Shown here piece by piece: positions 40,606 to 50,964 of a stretch of DNA of 64,000 nucleotides (positions are counted from its first letter, which is position 1; every line of letters begins with the position of its first letter). Location of the stretch: assembly GCA_964451495.1 (NCBI GenBank), contig CAYVHS010000005.1, positions 8,926-72,925 on the forward strand, given 5' to 3'. Origin of the DNA: an uncultured Bdellovibrionales bacterium (GTDB lineage: Bacteria > Patescibacteriota > Minisyncoccia > Moranbacterales > UBA1568). Both the position numbers and the translations under genes were made by a program. The notes beneath the pieces are model-generated. The model did not search any database and was not told where the DNA came from. It was given only the letters and a program-made list of their open reading frames with translations.

Positions 40606-41841
40606 CTATACCCTCCCGCGATCCGCCATGGCCTGTGCCACTCTTTTGAGGGCCAATGCATAAGCACCCATACGCATAATGGTGTTGTAGTGCTCCTTCT
40701 CTGACCAGACCGCATCAAACGCCGTCTCCATTTTTTCTTTGAGCTTGGCATTGACATCTGCTTCGGTCCAATAATAATTGGCTGCATTCTGTACCTGTTC
40801 GAAATACGAAACAGCTACGCCTCCGGCATTGGCCAAAATATCCGGCACCACGGTAACATCTCTTTTGATAAGTATATCTTCTGCTTCTGGTGTGATCGGA
40901 CCATTGGCAATCTCTACAATGAGCCGCGCCTTCACATCATGCGCGTTCCCCTTATGGATAGCATTTTCGAGAGCGGCTGGCACCAGAATATCCGCCGGGA
41001 CAGAAAGCACGGCTTCACTCGAAAGTTTTTCACATCCTATACATGTTTCTAGATCACCCGTGACACGCTTGTGCTCATCAATCTCTTTCACATTCAGTCC
41101 GCTACTGTGGTACACGGTCGATTTCGAATCCGCTATCGCTACTACGGTATAGCCAGCTTCTTCTAGCATCCGAGCGATATGTCCACCGCCATTACCAAAC
41201 CCCTGGATAGCCACCGTCGCGTTTTTCCTGAGATGCAGTTTGGCTGCTGCGCGCTCGAGCACATACAATGCCCCCTGAGCTGTCGCATACCCACGACCGA
41301 GCGACCCTCCGATAGAAAGCGGCTTGCCCGTGATCATACCTGGTGCCAACTGGCCGATGAGCATCTCATACTCATCGAGCATCCAACCCATGATACGCGG
41401 ATCTGTCGAAACATCCGGTGCAGGAATATCGAGATTCTTTCCGACGATGAAATGAATGGCTCGCATATACCCACGCGAAAGAGCTTCGAGTTCCCGATCA
41501 GAAAGAGTCTTGGGATCAACGACCACACCACCCTTGGCTCCTCCGAGAGGAATATCGATAACAGCGGTCTTCCATGTCATCCAGGCCGAAAGAGCCTTCA
41601 CTTCAAATCCTGTCACAGCGGGATGGAAACGAATACCTCCTTTGTAGGGCCCACGTGCCGCATTCCACTGCGAACGATACCCAACGAAAACCTTTGTTGT
41701 ACCATCATCCATTTTGACTGGTATGGACACTTCAATCACCCTCTCTGGAGAGAGGAGTCGCTCGAAGATATTGGGGTCGATTTTGAGAAACGTCTGCACC
41801 TCGTAAAGCTGCTGTCTCACTGACTCGAGAGGATTATTCAT
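40606..41841 (-). CDS. gdhA: Glutamate dehydrogenase (Glu/Leu/Phe/Val dehydrogenase family)
   Basis: 411 aa; IPLGGAKGGV and the GxGxVG dinucleotide fold. Confidence 0.9.
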   Translation of the reverse strand: MNNPLESVRQQLYEVQTFLKIDPNIFERLLSPERVIEVSIPVKMDDGTTKVFVGYRSQWNAARGPYKGGIRFHPAVTGFEVKALSAWMTWKTAVIDIPLGGAKGGVVVDPKTLSDRELEALSRGYMRAIHFIVGKNLDIPAPDVSTDPRIMGWMLDEYEMLIGQLAPGMITGKPLSIGGSLGRGYATAQGALYVLERAAAKLHLRKNATVAIQGFGNGGGHIARMLEEAGYTVVAIADSKSTVYHSSGLNVKEIDEHKRVTGDLETCIGCEKLSSEAVLSVPADILVPAALENAIHKGNAHDVKARLIVEIANGPITPEAEDILIKRDVTVVPDILANAGGVAVSYFEQVQNAANYYWTEADVNAKLKEKMETAFDAVWSEKEHYNTIMRMGAYALALKRVAQAMADRGRV

Positions 41842-41944
41842 ATGATTTTTTTATACGTTCAAGCGTCATAGCAACACTTGTTTTTTTATACCATATATAC
41901 CCTACCTGGGTATAGTATATACGGAAGACTCTTCTGTCAAGAGA

Positions 41945-41975
41945 ACAAAAAACCGCTTAAAAAAGCGGCTAGTGG
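41945..41975 (-). terminator. Small rho-independent terminator after the response-regulator gene
   Basis: Minus strand: CCGCTT-TTTT-AAGCGG followed by TTTTTTG. Confidence 0.45.
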
Positions 41976-42146
41976 CAAAGAGTCTCTTTTGGTGATATAT
42001 TAGATACGAAAAGCCTTCAGAATGGAAAGCGAAAAATTGAGACCCACCTGGATTATCAGGGAAAAATGAAATTTTTTCCGTTACTCTTTTTCAAGGGACT
42101 CAGTCGCCCTCCTGCATTGAAGGCTTTTTGATTTTCCCAAGTCCAC

Positions 42147-42533
42147 CTACAGTACTTCACGGACATAGTCCACTGTTTTCTGAGGATCAGTCAGTGATTT
42201 GATGAGATAAAACCGAGTTTCGAATTTCCCAACTTCTCGAAACATCTCCTCGTTATCAATATTACTCAAGACAACCACCGGGATTGTAGAGAGACTTTTG
42301 TCATTGCTCAGTTCTTCTAGGACTTCGACACCGTTTTTCACGGGCATCTGGAGATCAAGCAGGATAATATCTGGTCGCTTCTCGCGGATCATTCGCATCC
42401 CTTCCTCGCCATCCCTCGCGCCCACGGCATCAAATCCCTCCAGACCAAACTTCATGATATATATTTCCCGAATATCATTATCATCATCGATGATACAGAC
42501 TCTTTTTTTTACCAAAACTTCTTCATTGCTCAT
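42147..42533 (-). CDS. Stand-alone response-regulator receiver domain (CheY-like)
   Basis: 128 aa; CIIDDDNDIREIY...ILLDLQMP..G (receiver Asp pocket); no output domain. Confidence 0.8.
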   Translation of the reverse strand: MSNEEVLVKKRVCIIDDDNDIREIYIMKFGLEGFDAVGARDGEEGMRMIREKRPDIILLDLQMPVKNGVEVLEELSNDKSLSTIPVVVLSNIDNEEMFREVGKFETRFYLIKSLTDPQKTVDYVREVL

Positions 42534-42610
42534 AGGGCAAAGATTGTCTTATTACTGTGTCACTATTGTAGCACGTCTCCATCCCGGTACCTCTCCAAGA
42601 CAACAATCCT

Positions 42611-43159
42611 TTATTCCCCATCAGTCTTGCGGATAGAATACCGGCACCCACAATACGTCTGCCGATATATCCCTCGCTGTTTCACCATCTGACGCGATTT
42701 CTCTTCACGACCTTTTTTCTTCCAGTCCTCTACATAATATACTCGGTCATACTGCTTGGCTGCTTCCTCGCCGAGCGGCGTGACAAATGCTGCTGGTTTG
42801 CGTCGCCCCATAGTGAGCGTCGTACTAAAAAGATTGATACCGAGACCCTTGGCAACCTCGGCCGTATAGGAAAGCCGCATGCCAATACACTGCTTGCAGC
42901 GCAGCCCGCCCTCGGGTTCATCTTCAAGCCCACGGGTTTTGTCTTCCCATTCCTTTGGATCATAATCCTGATCAAGCATCGGAATCTTCCATTCCTCACA
43001 CACGCGAATCACTTCCTGTTTGCGTTTCAGATATTCTTCCTCTGGAAAAATATTCGGATTATAGAACAAAACGGAGAGCGCATACTCGCTTTTCAGCTCA
43101 TCAATGACCGCGATACTGCACGGAGCGCAGCAAACGTGGAGGAGGAATTTTTCAGGCAT
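42611..43159 (-). CDS. queH: Epoxyqueuosine reductase QueH (DUF208)
   Basis: LLHVCCAPCS and the C-terminal CGC motif. Confidence 0.75.
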   Translation of the reverse strand: MPEKFLLHVCCAPCSIAVIDELKSEYALSVLFYNPNIFPEEEYLKRKQEVIRVCEEWKIPMLDQDYDPKEWEDKTRGLEDEPEGGLRCKQCIGMRLSYTAEVAKGLGINLFSTTLTMGRRKPAAFVTPLGEEAAKQYDRVYYVEDWKKKGREEKSRQMVKQRGIYRQTYCGCRYSIRKTDGE

Positions 43160-43868
43160 GGTATTTCTTTTCCAGAAAATATTTCTTGTCTTCCGCGCTC
43201 ATTCGCTCGATAGCATACCGGAGCGCGGTTCGAGGCATCGTCGCCGCGTATCGCTCGAGAAATTCTTTCTCGCGCTCGATTGAACAACGCTTGCCGACCT
43301 CACGGAGCATCCAGCCGACAGCTTTGTGTATCAAATCGTGTGAATCATACACGAGTTTTTCCGCTACCGCGAGAGCTGGGTCAGGATTCCCCTTATATAT
43401 AGCATGAAAGGTCGCGATCATCGCGATCCGACGCTCCCATACTACTTCTGATTTTGCTAATCGAAAAAGAACAACGAAACCTTTTCCCTCCAGATGAGCG
43501 CCGACAATACGCTGGGCCGAAAGATCCACGAGATCCCAATTATTGATAGCACTTATATGCTCCAAATAGACCCGATATATTTTTTCTTTCTCCTGCTTGG
43601 TCCCCGTCCGATACCGCTCCGCCAAGATGAGCAAAGCCAACAGTCGCTCTTCGTGAAACGGAGAGTGAAGAATTTTAAGAACTATTTCAAGAGCAAGATT
43701 TTTATACTGCCTTGCGATAGCCCGAGTCTGCGGCACACTCACCCCAAGGAAGCGATCTCCCTCGGCATATTCGCCCCGCCCCGTTTTAAAAAAACGCGAG
43801 AGTACCTCTGCTTTCTCTGGACTCGCCACCCCACGCAATGCTTTTCGTATCTCAGGTATCGTTTCCAT
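43152..43868 (-). CDS. DNA alkylation repair protein (AlkC/AlkD-like HEAT-repeat glycosylase family)
   Basis: 238 aa; RKALRGVASPEKAEVLSRFFKTGRGEYAEGDRFLGVSVPQTRAIA is the typical AlkD N-terminus. Confidence 0.7.
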   Translation of the reverse strand: METIPEIRKALRGVASPEKAEVLSRFFKTGRGEYAEGDRFLGVSVPQTRAIARQYKNLALEIVLKILHSPFHEERLLALLILAERYRTGTKQEKEKIYRVYLEHISAINNWDLVDLSAQRIVGAHLEGKGFVVLFRLAKSEVVWERRIAMIATFHAIYKGNPDPALAVAEKLVYDSHDLIHKAVGWMLREVGKRCSIEREKEFLERYAATMPRTALRYAIERMSAEDKKYFLEKKYHA

Positions 43869-43905
43869 ACCACAATAATCACAAAAAGGAATTATTCACA
43901 ACGGA

Positions 43906-44346
43906 TTATCCTTGAAAATCACGATCATGTTCGAAGCGTGCCCGCCATGCGAAAAAATTCACAAAAATATATAGGATAACGGAAACAAAAAAGAGTGCTC
44001 GGCTCTGTTCTTGGCCCATCAGCCTGATATCAATGACCGCAAATACGGCAGTGAAAGCAATAAGTGGCAAAAGAACGTCTACCCAGGCATTGCCTGGCGC
44101 CTCACTCAAACGGAAATACTTCTCGAGCAACTCCCAGAGCATGGCAAGTACAAAAGTGATAAAAAACGAAAGCATTACCGGCAAAGAAAACACGATAACA
44201 GCGAGAGCAGCCACAATACCGGACAGAAAATGTGGCACCGACCACGGATCGATGAGCTTATCAAGATTGATCAATTTTTTCCCTTTCTTGCTTCGGATAG
44301 TTCTCATAGACTGAACATGCGTACGGATTGTGATGATGTATTCCAA
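43906..44346 (-). CDS. Hypothetical polytopic membrane protein
   Basis: Four predicted TM helices. Confidence 0.4.
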   Translation of the reverse strand: MEYIITIRTHVQSMRTIRSKKGKKLINLDKLIDPWSVPHFLSGIVAALAVIVFSLPVMLSFFITFVLAMLWELLEKYFRLSEAPGNAWVDVLLPLIAFTAVFAVIDIRLMGQEQSRALFFVSVILYIFVNFFAWRARFEHDRDFQG

Positions 44347-44382
44347 CCTGTCTAGTATACACTATAACCCAGAAAGACTCTG

Positions 44383-44649
44383 CTATTTTCGGAGGACCCT
44401 TTTCTTCCACCAGCTCGGATATTCACCATAGCGGAAACAGAACAAATCAAACACTGTCATGAGCGCTATCGCCCAGGGAGCAAAGCCGATGATCGTATCA
44501 GAAACCGAATGCGACCGGCTATCAATAAAGGAAAACAACAGTCCGCCAATACCGAGAAGTACGAACGTTACAGCCCAGCCTCTTCGAGAAGCTGGATAAT
44601 AAAAAGCGAAACATCTCCAAAACTTTTTCGGTCTGAACCAGTATTTCAC
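44383..44649 (-). CDS. Small membrane protein, hypothetical
   Basis: 88 aa; two TM helices. Confidence 0.35.
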   Translation of the reverse strand: MKYWFRPKKFWRCFAFYYPASRRGWAVTFVLLGIGGLLFSFIDSRSHSVSDTIIGFAPWAIALMTVFDLFCFRYGEYPSWWKKRVLRK

Positions 44650-45293
44650 AATGAAAATCTAATAGGAATAAGTATCTTAGCATCGTTCTCGGGCAATCCG
44701 GAAGGATTATCTCGAGAAAGAATAATCGATCCCGACAAAACCGGCGACTCAGAAATATTAATTGTAGCCTCAAACGGTACGAAATCATCCGTCATCCAAT
44801 CCCCCGTGGCCTGCGCCACGCCACTCCCAAGTATCATTCCATTATCACCGACGATAGTGATAGGAAAGCTCGCTTCAAAGAACCATCTACCCCTCGCCTC
44901 ACCAGTAATCATCACGGGATTTTTGATGACTGCCTCAGGAAGAGGCGATGTCACACGAATATCTTCATTCATCTGAGCGATATCCGGACAGGCCGAAAAC
45001 TCACACCGAGGGCCACTCCGTCCTACAGTCGAACCATCCGGACATAATTTTGCCTCCATCGTACACCCCACTTCTTGCGGCCAATTCACTCCTGGTATCC
45101 TATCGCCACCATTCGTAAAATTGAATCGATACACTCCCGCCAGAAGAACCAAGACTGTCACGGCGCCAATCACAGCGAGAATCCCGATGATGATATTTTT
45201 CATACTTTTTTCCGCTTCATCTTTATACAGAAAGTATACTCTCCTTTGCCTCAAAAAACACCCTAGGGACAACACCTTGACAATAAACTCCAC
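44646..45293 (-). CDS. Secreted/anchored protein with a Gmad2-like immunoglobulin-type domain
   Basis: ITGEARGRWFFEASFPITIVGDNG...GDWMTDDFVPFEATINIS...SRDNPSGLPEN resembles the Gmad2 Ig-like domain. The true start is probably MKNIIIG (45206). Confidence 0.5.
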   Translation of the reverse strand: MEFIVKVLSLGCFLRQRRVYFLYKDEAEKSMKNIIIGILAVIGAVTVLVLLAGVYRFNFTNGGDRIPGVNWPQEVGCTMEAKLCPDGSTVGRSGPRCEFSACPDIAQMNEDIRVTSPLPEAVIKNPVMITGEARGRWFFEASFPITIVGDNGMILGSGVAQATGDWMTDDFVPFEATINISESPVLSGSIILSRDNPSGLPENDAKILIPIRFSL

Positions 45294-45363
45294 TGCGCTA
45301 CAATGCCTTCTGTCTTAATTTAGACAGGAATTTCTTTGACAATACAAAAGAGAGGAAAAAATC

Positions 45364-45762
45364 ATGAAATGCGCATCTAAAGTAACGCCCCGCAAGCCCA
45401 TTTTCAAGGCGGATGACATGAACGGCAACATCGCTCGCTTACTGGTGTATCTTGGCTTCGAAGAGGAATCAGATGTGCCTGTCAGACAATTCATCGTTAC
45501 ATGCGATGGCGGATTACCAGAAGCAACCCGCGTACAACAAGGGAAATACAGATCCGCTCTGTTACTGTATTACTTGGCCAGCATGACTGCCTATGAAGAC
45601 GATAATCCGATGTTTACGCTCACCTCAAAAATGCGGAAGGTAATCGAAAACTTTTTTGGTCATGAGTTATGCCGACAAGCCATGACTGATCCCGATACCA
45701 TCCATCAGACCATCAAAAAACTCCTCCTCGGCAAAAAAGTAACAGTACGACTCCTCGCATAA
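45364..45762 (+). CDS. Hypothetical protein (plus strand, with its own RBS and terminator)
   Basis: GAGAGG 8-9 nt upstream of the ATG; followed by the terminator at 45840-45878. Confidence 0.5.
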   Translation: MKCASKVTPRKPIFKADDMNGNIARLLVYLGFEEESDVPVRQFIVTCDGGLPEATRVQQGKYRSALLLYYLASMTAYEDDNPMFTLTSKMRKVIENFFGHELCRQAMTDPDTIHQTIKKLLLGKKVTVRLLA

Positions 45763-45839
45763 CAAAGGATGACGCCTCAAGTTATCCTTGTACGAAATAA
45801 GACATACATTCTGTGTCATCAAGAAAAATTGCCCAGCCT

Positions 45840-45878
45840 GTCAATGACGCGCTGGGCTTTCTTTTTTTCTATTCCAAC
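45840..45878 (+). terminator. Rho-independent terminator (GCCCAGC-N13-GCTGGGC + TTTCTTTTTTT)
   Basis: 7-bp GC stem followed by a U-run on the plus strand. Confidence 0.7.
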
Positions 45879-45957
45879 TACGCATCTTCTTCGTCCCAAA
45901 CCACTTATTCCCGAACTAGCCACTAAGCAATCAAAATAAGGCTTTATAGAAGGATAG

Positions 45958-45986
45958 TTGACTTTACTGGTTTTTCATGCTACAAT
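45958..45986 (+). promoter_or_regulatory. Promoter of cspA: TTGACT, 17 nt, TACAAT, giving a ~60-nt 5' UTR
   Basis: -35 at 45958-45963, -10 at 45981-45986. Confidence 0.65.
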
Positions 45987-46052
45987 CAGCCTTGCAACTA
46001 ATGCAAGAAGAAGTGTAGTCGGACTTTCTCCAAAACCCCAAGAAGCAAAACT

Positions 46053-46250
46053 ATGACCGGAACAATCAAGACGCTCACGGATCGCGGATTTGGATTCATC
46101 TCTCGCGATGGCGAAGAGAAGGATCTTTTTTTCCACTCCAAAGAGCTCTCTGGCGTTACCTTCGATGAGCTCAAAGTTGGCGATGTCGTCACCTTTGAAG
46201 TAACCGATGGCCAGAAGGGTCCTGCAGCAACCAACGTATCTCGCGCATAA
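46053..46250 (+). CDS. cspA: Cold-shock protein (CSD, S1-like fold)
   Basis: MTGTIKTLTDRGFGFISRDGEEKDLFFH carries the RNP1 and RNP2 motifs. Confidence 0.9.
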   Translation: MTGTIKTLTDRGFGFISRDGEEKDLFFHSKELSGVTFDELKVGDVVTFEVTDGQKGPAATNVSRA

Positions 46251-46270
46251 TTGCACAGTTACGCTGATCA

Positions 46271-46298
46271 AAAAACCACCTCTCGAGGTGGTTTTTTG
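46271..46298. terminator. Bidirectional rho-independent terminator (AAAAACCACCT-CTCG-AGGTGGTTTTTT)
   Basis: Stem flanked by A5 and T6; lies directly after the cspA stop. Confidence 0.8.
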
Positions 46299-46308
46299 TT
46301 GTATGAAT

Positions 46309-46348
46309 AAAAAAAGCCTCGTGTGCATATGCGAATGCAAACGAGGGT
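46309..46348 (-). terminator. Terminator of gene 46375..46926 (branched hairpin + T7 on the minus strand)
   Basis: CCTCGT...ACGAGG stem enclosing a TGCAT-ATGCGA-ATGCA sub-hairpin, then TTTTTTT. Confidence 0.5.
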
Positions 46349-46374
46349 TTCAAAAAATAACCCTACATCACCAA

Positions 46375-46926
46375 TCATATCCATGAAATGATTCCTTTTT
46401 CATCAATGGAAAACTTCTTGGCGCTCTTAATCAATTCAACAAGAGAATCAGGGTAAAATCCTTCATCCGTAGAAATTTCTTGCTGAAGTCGCGACTGGAG
46501 ATCAGAATCACTCTTCCACCCTTCCGGCAGGCAAATGACATTGATGAGCTGCACGTCAGCATTGCCAGCCTTGGCGATTTCCGAGAGATGACGCTCCATC
46601 AATTCGAAAACTGAAAGAGCCTTTTTGGTACGAATGACTTTTGGCGGAACGGGATCATAGAAAGAATCAGCTTCATCGGTCTTCCTGGCGAACCAATGAA
46701 TTTTTTTCTTTGTCTGTTCTTCTTCGTCAAACTGATTGTTATACGCGATACAGGCTTGGCGAAAACGCTCATACTGCGAAGGCTCCACTTCTACAACAAA
46801 GCCAAGCTCATCGCCATATCCATGCAACGTGATTTTGCCAAAAATATATGTCTCCGCGCCAGAACAGAGAGTCTTCAGGCGCTCGGCACATTTCATTGCT
46901 TGATCCAAAGTACAAATATTGGTCAT
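46375..46926 (-). CDS. Hypothetical protein
   Basis: 183 aa, acidic; no motif recognised. Confidence 0.45.
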   Translation of the reverse strand: MTNICTLDQAMKCAERLKTLCSGAETYIFGKITLHGYGDELGFVVEVEPSQYERFRQACIAYNNQFDEEEQTKKKIHWFARKTDEADSFYDPVPPKVIRTKKALSVFELMERHLSEIAKAGNADVQLINVICLPEGWKSDSDLQSRLQQEISTDEGFYPDSLVELIKSAKKFSIDEKGIISWI

Positions 46927-47047
46927 GATTACACACTCCTTGTTTTGTTAAACGACAGATAAGATTCCATATCGAATCTCGCGAGAAAGCACCCTCAGTA
47001 TACAAAATACCCCATAAAAAACAAGGGGTAATGCATCGACCCCTCTA

Positions 47048-48847
47048 TCACTCCTCTCTGTCATCATCCAAAAGTACATCCCCAAACGATGATGTCTGAC
47101 GAGTCCAGAAGCCCGCGTAGATTCCCTCCTGATCAATCAATTCGGCATGCGTCCCCTCTTCGGCTAGTTGCCCATCCTCGAGTACGACGATACGGTCCAT
47201 CTCGCGTACCGTACTCAATCGATGCGCGATAACGATAGTGGTCCGCCCCTGCATCAATTCATGAAGTGCTTCTTGAATATGATGTTCGCTCGTCGTATCG
47301 AGAGCGCTGGTCGCTTCGTCGAGGACGAGGATGGGCGCATCTTTGAGTATCGCCCGAGCGATAGCCACGCGCTGCCGCTCGCCACCTGAGAGCTTCACTC
47401 CCCGCTCTCCTACGAGCGTTTCGTATCCATGTGGAAGACTCATGATGAAATCATGAGCGTGCGCTTTCTTGGCAGCCTCCTCTATAGCCTCGAGTGAACT
47501 CTCTGGCCGGCCATACGCAATGTTTTCAGCGATAGTCCGATGAAAAAGAGCGGTATCTTGGGGCACATATGCGATGAGGCGACGGAGTTCTTGGGGTGCA
47601 AGCTGCATGATATCCTGCCCGGCTACTGAGACTATCCCCTGATTCGGCACAACAAATCGAAGCAGAAGCTTGGTGAGTGTACTCTTGCCCGAACCAGAAA
47701 CTCCGACGAGACCAACTTTTTCACCCGCCTTGATATGGAGAGAAAAATCATCAAACACACGGCTACTCTGAGGGTACCGAAAAGTAATGTGATCAAACAA
47801 AACTGCGCCGCCAACTGGCTTGGTGTCTGCCGAAGGAAGAGTCATGTCCAATATCTCTCCATCAGTGCGTTCGAGAGTCTCTATCATTTCCGAAGCATCG
47901 GCGACACTTTTCATCAACCGACCAAACGCTCGCCCGAGACCAAATAGCTCGCTAAATATTGATCCGATATAGACCTGCACAAGGACGACCGTCCCCGTAC
48001 TCACGCTCCCTGCAATCCACAAACGAATCACAACGTACATAGCCACAATCTCGAGTACACCAAACATAATCGTCTGGATGGCGATGAGAATATTATTGAA
48101 ACGCCAGGTTTGCCATCTCGCCTGCTCATCCCTCTCAGCCACGAGAGAAAAAGATTCGATCTCACGCTGCTCGGATGCAAATGTCTTGACCGAAAAAATA
48201 TTCGAGAGTGTATCGGAAAGGCTCGCTGTGATAGCAGAATCTTGTGTAGCACTCTCTTTGTCATAAGGAAGCTTCTTCTTGGTAATCCAAATAGCGATAC
48301 TGATGTAGAGAGGAATCCAGACAAGAAAAATGACAGCGAGCATCGGCTTGATCCAGAGCAGTGATCCGATCACGCCAGCCAGATGGATGAACGGCATCCA
48401 AAAATTAAAAACAAGGCTATCGATGATATCTTCGAGTGTCCGTGTATACCTCCTCGCCTGCGCTACGAGACTGCCCGAAAAACGATCTATAAAAAAGCCA
48501 TGCCCTTGCCGCATGAATGCCCGAAAGGAACGATTATTCAAGTCCTCCATCGTCTTGCTCTCGGCGTACCCGATACAAACATCCCCCGTTCGATACATCG
48601 ACTGATACGCAACAATAACAGCTACTAACATCCAAAGACTGTGAAACAAATCACCGGCCAACACTGCCCGATCCGTCGCACCAGAAATCGTATCGATAAT
48701 ATGCCGATAGACGAGTGGTGACAGTATGCCACTCGTAAACGAAGCTAGTCCGTATGCTAGCAGCATACCCAAATACACCCACCGAAAGCGACGGATGGAT
48801 ACGCTGTATGATTTCAAAACCTGAAAAATAGATGATTGTTTGGGCAT
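47048..48847 (-). CDS. ABC exporter, fused permease/ATPase (MsbA/LmrA-like)
   Basis: Six TM helices followed by a Walker A, LSGGERQRVAIARAIL, and Walker B ILVLDEATSALD. Confidence 0.85.
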   Translation of the reverse strand: MPKQSSIFQVLKSYSVSIRRFRWVYLGMLLAYGLASFTSGILSPLVYRHIIDTISGATDRAVLAGDLFHSLWMLVAVIVAYQSMYRTGDVCIGYAESKTMEDLNNRSFRAFMRQGHGFFIDRFSGSLVAQARRYTRTLEDIIDSLVFNFWMPFIHLAGVIGSLLWIKPMLAVIFLVWIPLYISIAIWITKKKLPYDKESATQDSAITASLSDTLSNIFSVKTFASEQREIESFSLVAERDEQARWQTWRFNNILIAIQTIMFGVLEIVAMYVVIRLWIAGSVSTGTVVLVQVYIGSIFSELFGLGRAFGRLMKSVADASEMIETLERTDGEILDMTLPSADTKPVGGAVLFDHITFRYPQSSRVFDDFSLHIKAGEKVGLVGVSGSGKSTLTKLLLRFVVPNQGIVSVAGQDIMQLAPQELRRLIAYVPQDTALFHRTIAENIAYGRPESSLEAIEEAAKKAHAHDFIMSLPHGYETLVGERGVKLSGGERQRVAIARAILKDAPILVLDEATSALDTTSEHHIQEALHELMQGRTTIVIAHRLSTVREMDRIVVLEDGQLAEEGTHAELIDQEGIYAGFWTRQTSSFGDVLLDDDREE

Positions 48848-48891
48848 ATTCCTGAGTCAAAGGCCATATCAGGATACCAGAAGTGGCGTAT

Positions 48892-49617
48892 TCACGCCAT
48901 AGGCACATCCAACAGGAGCACCTCTGTTCCAGCCAATACCTCTATCAAAACCTCATCAGTACCCCAGATACCACACCCATCACGCAAGCCGAGAGTCTCA
49001 CCCGCGACGCTCACCTGTCCCAAGATGACAAAAATATACAATCCATTGCCTCTGCGCTTCATGGTATATGCGACCTTTTCATTGCGTTCAAACACCCCGA
49101 GCGAAAGCCAGGCATCTTGATGGATCCACAGTGCGTTTGTGGGGTGAGGCGAAACGATTTCTTGGAGAATATTTTTGTGCTCGCGCCAATGAAGCGTCAC
49201 CTGATCATACCGCGGTGCCACGCCCTGCTCGCGTGGTCCTATCCAAATCTGGAGAAACTGCCCTGCTTCCGTCTCGCTCGCGTTGTATTCACTGTGGAGC
49301 ACACCCGTTCCCGCGCTCATCACCTGGACATCGCCCGCCCCTATGATAGCCACATGCCCCATATCGTCCTCGTGCTGTATCGCACCGACAAGGGGTATAC
49401 TCACGATTTCCATATTCTGATGTGGGTGCATCCCAAACCCCGACCCACCGGCAATGATATCATCATTTATGACACGCAAAACACCAAAACCCATACGCTC
49501 AGGGTCATAATACTCAGCGAAACTGAACGAAAAACGCGACTTGAGCCAACCATGATCAGCATAGCCTCGTGTATCCGCTCGATGTACTACTGTTTTTGGA
49601 TGTGCTACTGATTCCAT
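48892..49617 (-). CDS. Pirin-family cupin protein
   Basis: HPHQNMEIVSIPLVG and the bicupin layout. Confidence 0.75.
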   Translation of the reverse strand: MESVAHPKTVVHRADTRGYADHGWLKSRFSFSFAEYYDPERMGFGVLRVINDDIIAGGSGFGMHPHQNMEIVSIPLVGAIQHEDDMGHVAIIGAGDVQVMSAGTGVLHSEYNASETEAGQFLQIWIGPREQGVAPRYDQVTLHWREHKNILQEIVSPHPTNALWIHQDAWLSLGVFERNEKVAYTMKRRGNGLYIFVILGQVSVAGETLGLRDGCGIWGTDEVLIEVLAGTEVLLLDVPMA

Positions 49618-49629
49618 ACTAGGAGCACG

Positions 49630-50031
49630 CTATTCGGTCGTCTCGCCATCAAATTCTTCCTCACTCGCTTGCGCCTCACCACGAGTCTTGTGAACAACAC
49701 CATCCTTGTGGTGCGGCGGAGCATAGAGAGTATAGAGTTTGAGTGATTCAGTATCTGACGTATTGATGACGTTGTGCCTCGATCCCATAGGCACGATGAC
49801 CGCGTCGCCGTCCCCGACACTATATTCCGTCTCATCGATGATGACTTTGCCCTCGCCGCTTTCGAAACGGAAAAATTGGTCTCCTCCATCGTGTACTTCG
49901 AGGCCGATTTCCTCGCCCGGCAAAAGCGACATGAGCACCAACTGACAATCAGCGGCTGTATAAAGCACCTGACGAAAATTCGCATTCTCGATCGTCAACT
50001 TCTCGATGTTCCCCTTGTAGCCTTTTTTCAT
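49630..50031 (-). CDS. Small cupin-domain protein
   Basis: 133 aa; GEEIGLEVHDGGDQFF...VIVPMGSRHNVIN cupin motifs. Confidence 0.6.
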   Translation of the reverse strand: MKKGYKGNIEKLTIENANFRQVLYTAADCQLVLMSLLPGEEIGLEVHDGGDQFFRFESGEGKVIIDETEYSVGDGDAVIVPMGSRHNVINTSDTESLKLYTLYAPPHHKDGVVHKTRGEAQASEEEFDGETTE

Positions 50032-50108
50032 AGCAGTATACCGCTTAATGGATTACTTCTGCTTATACCCTGCATGTAGTACATACGAAAGCGTAAAAGC
50101 ATACATAC

Positions 50109-50873
50109 TCAGAAAAGCGAAGCGTCCTTTTTCGGATTGAGGTAGTAATCGAGCGTATAAATCCAGTTCTCATCATCCTCGCCACCCTGCTCCCTCGTCA
50201 TGATTTTCTGATTGAAAAGCCAGGTCAGATAGTCAGCATCTTCATCGGCTACCTTCTTCACATCCATGCCGATGTATTTCCCAAAATTAAATTTCCTCAT
50301 GAGAATGGGTCGAGCAGAAATCTCTATCATCTTCTGAAGTGTCGCCTCCTGGTCGCCGGAAGACTGTGCGAGCATCTGCTCGAAATGAAAATCGAAAAGT
50401 TTCTCAAGCACTCGAACATCCCCTAGGGCATCATGCGCCACCGCTTCGCCCACTTCGAGATGATGATAGTAGCGCAAATACTGCAGGCTATGTTTGGGGA
50501 TCGCCGACATCTCATCGAGAAAATGCGAGAGTTTAAACGTATCGATACTCGCCTTGACCGTGATGCCCTCACGATGGAGCATCTCGGCATCAAAGGGAGC
50601 ATTGTGGGCCACCAGGATACCGCCAGACGCAAAAATCTTTTCGAGGTCCTGATACATCTGCGAACCCCTAAACGGCTCGCAGCTCTCGACTGTCTTGTCC
50701 GTGATATGTGTGACCACCATCGCGTCTATCGTCATCGCAAGCGGCGGCTTGAACAAACCCTTCGCTTCCTGACCTTGGTAGACATAGGCCACCTGGCACA
50801 GCCGGTCTTCGGGTCCTACTCCCGTCGTTTCGGTATCGAGAAATATCAGATCAGTTTTCTGCATAGTATACAT
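50109..50873 (-). CDS. DEDDh 3'-5' exonuclease (DnaQ-like) with a C-terminal DUF3820-like domain
   Basis: LIFLDTETTGV (Exo I), HNAPFD (Exo II), HDALGD (Exo III); C-terminal FNFGKYIGMDVKKVADEDADYLTWL. Start at the ATG at 50873 or 50864. Confidence 0.75.
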   Translation of the reverse strand: MYTMQKTDLIFLDTETTGVGPEDRLCQVAYVYQGQEAKGLFKPPLAMTIDAMVVTHITDKTVESCEPFRGSQMYQDLEKIFASGGILVAHNAPFDAEMLHREGITVKASIDTFKLSHFLDEMSAIPKHSLQYLRYYHHLEVGEAVAHDALGDVRVLEKLFDFHFEQMLAQSSGDQEATLQKMIEISARPILMRKFNFGKYIGMDVKKVADEDADYLTWLFNQKIMTREQGGEDDENWIYTLDYYLNPKKDASLF

Positions 50874-50964
50874 ATATTTATGAGATGACCTCTCTATTCT
50901 ACACCATAAAAAAAGAGCGGGGTAATCGATGATCACACCCGCCTTTTTGTGACTACTTGCGCAG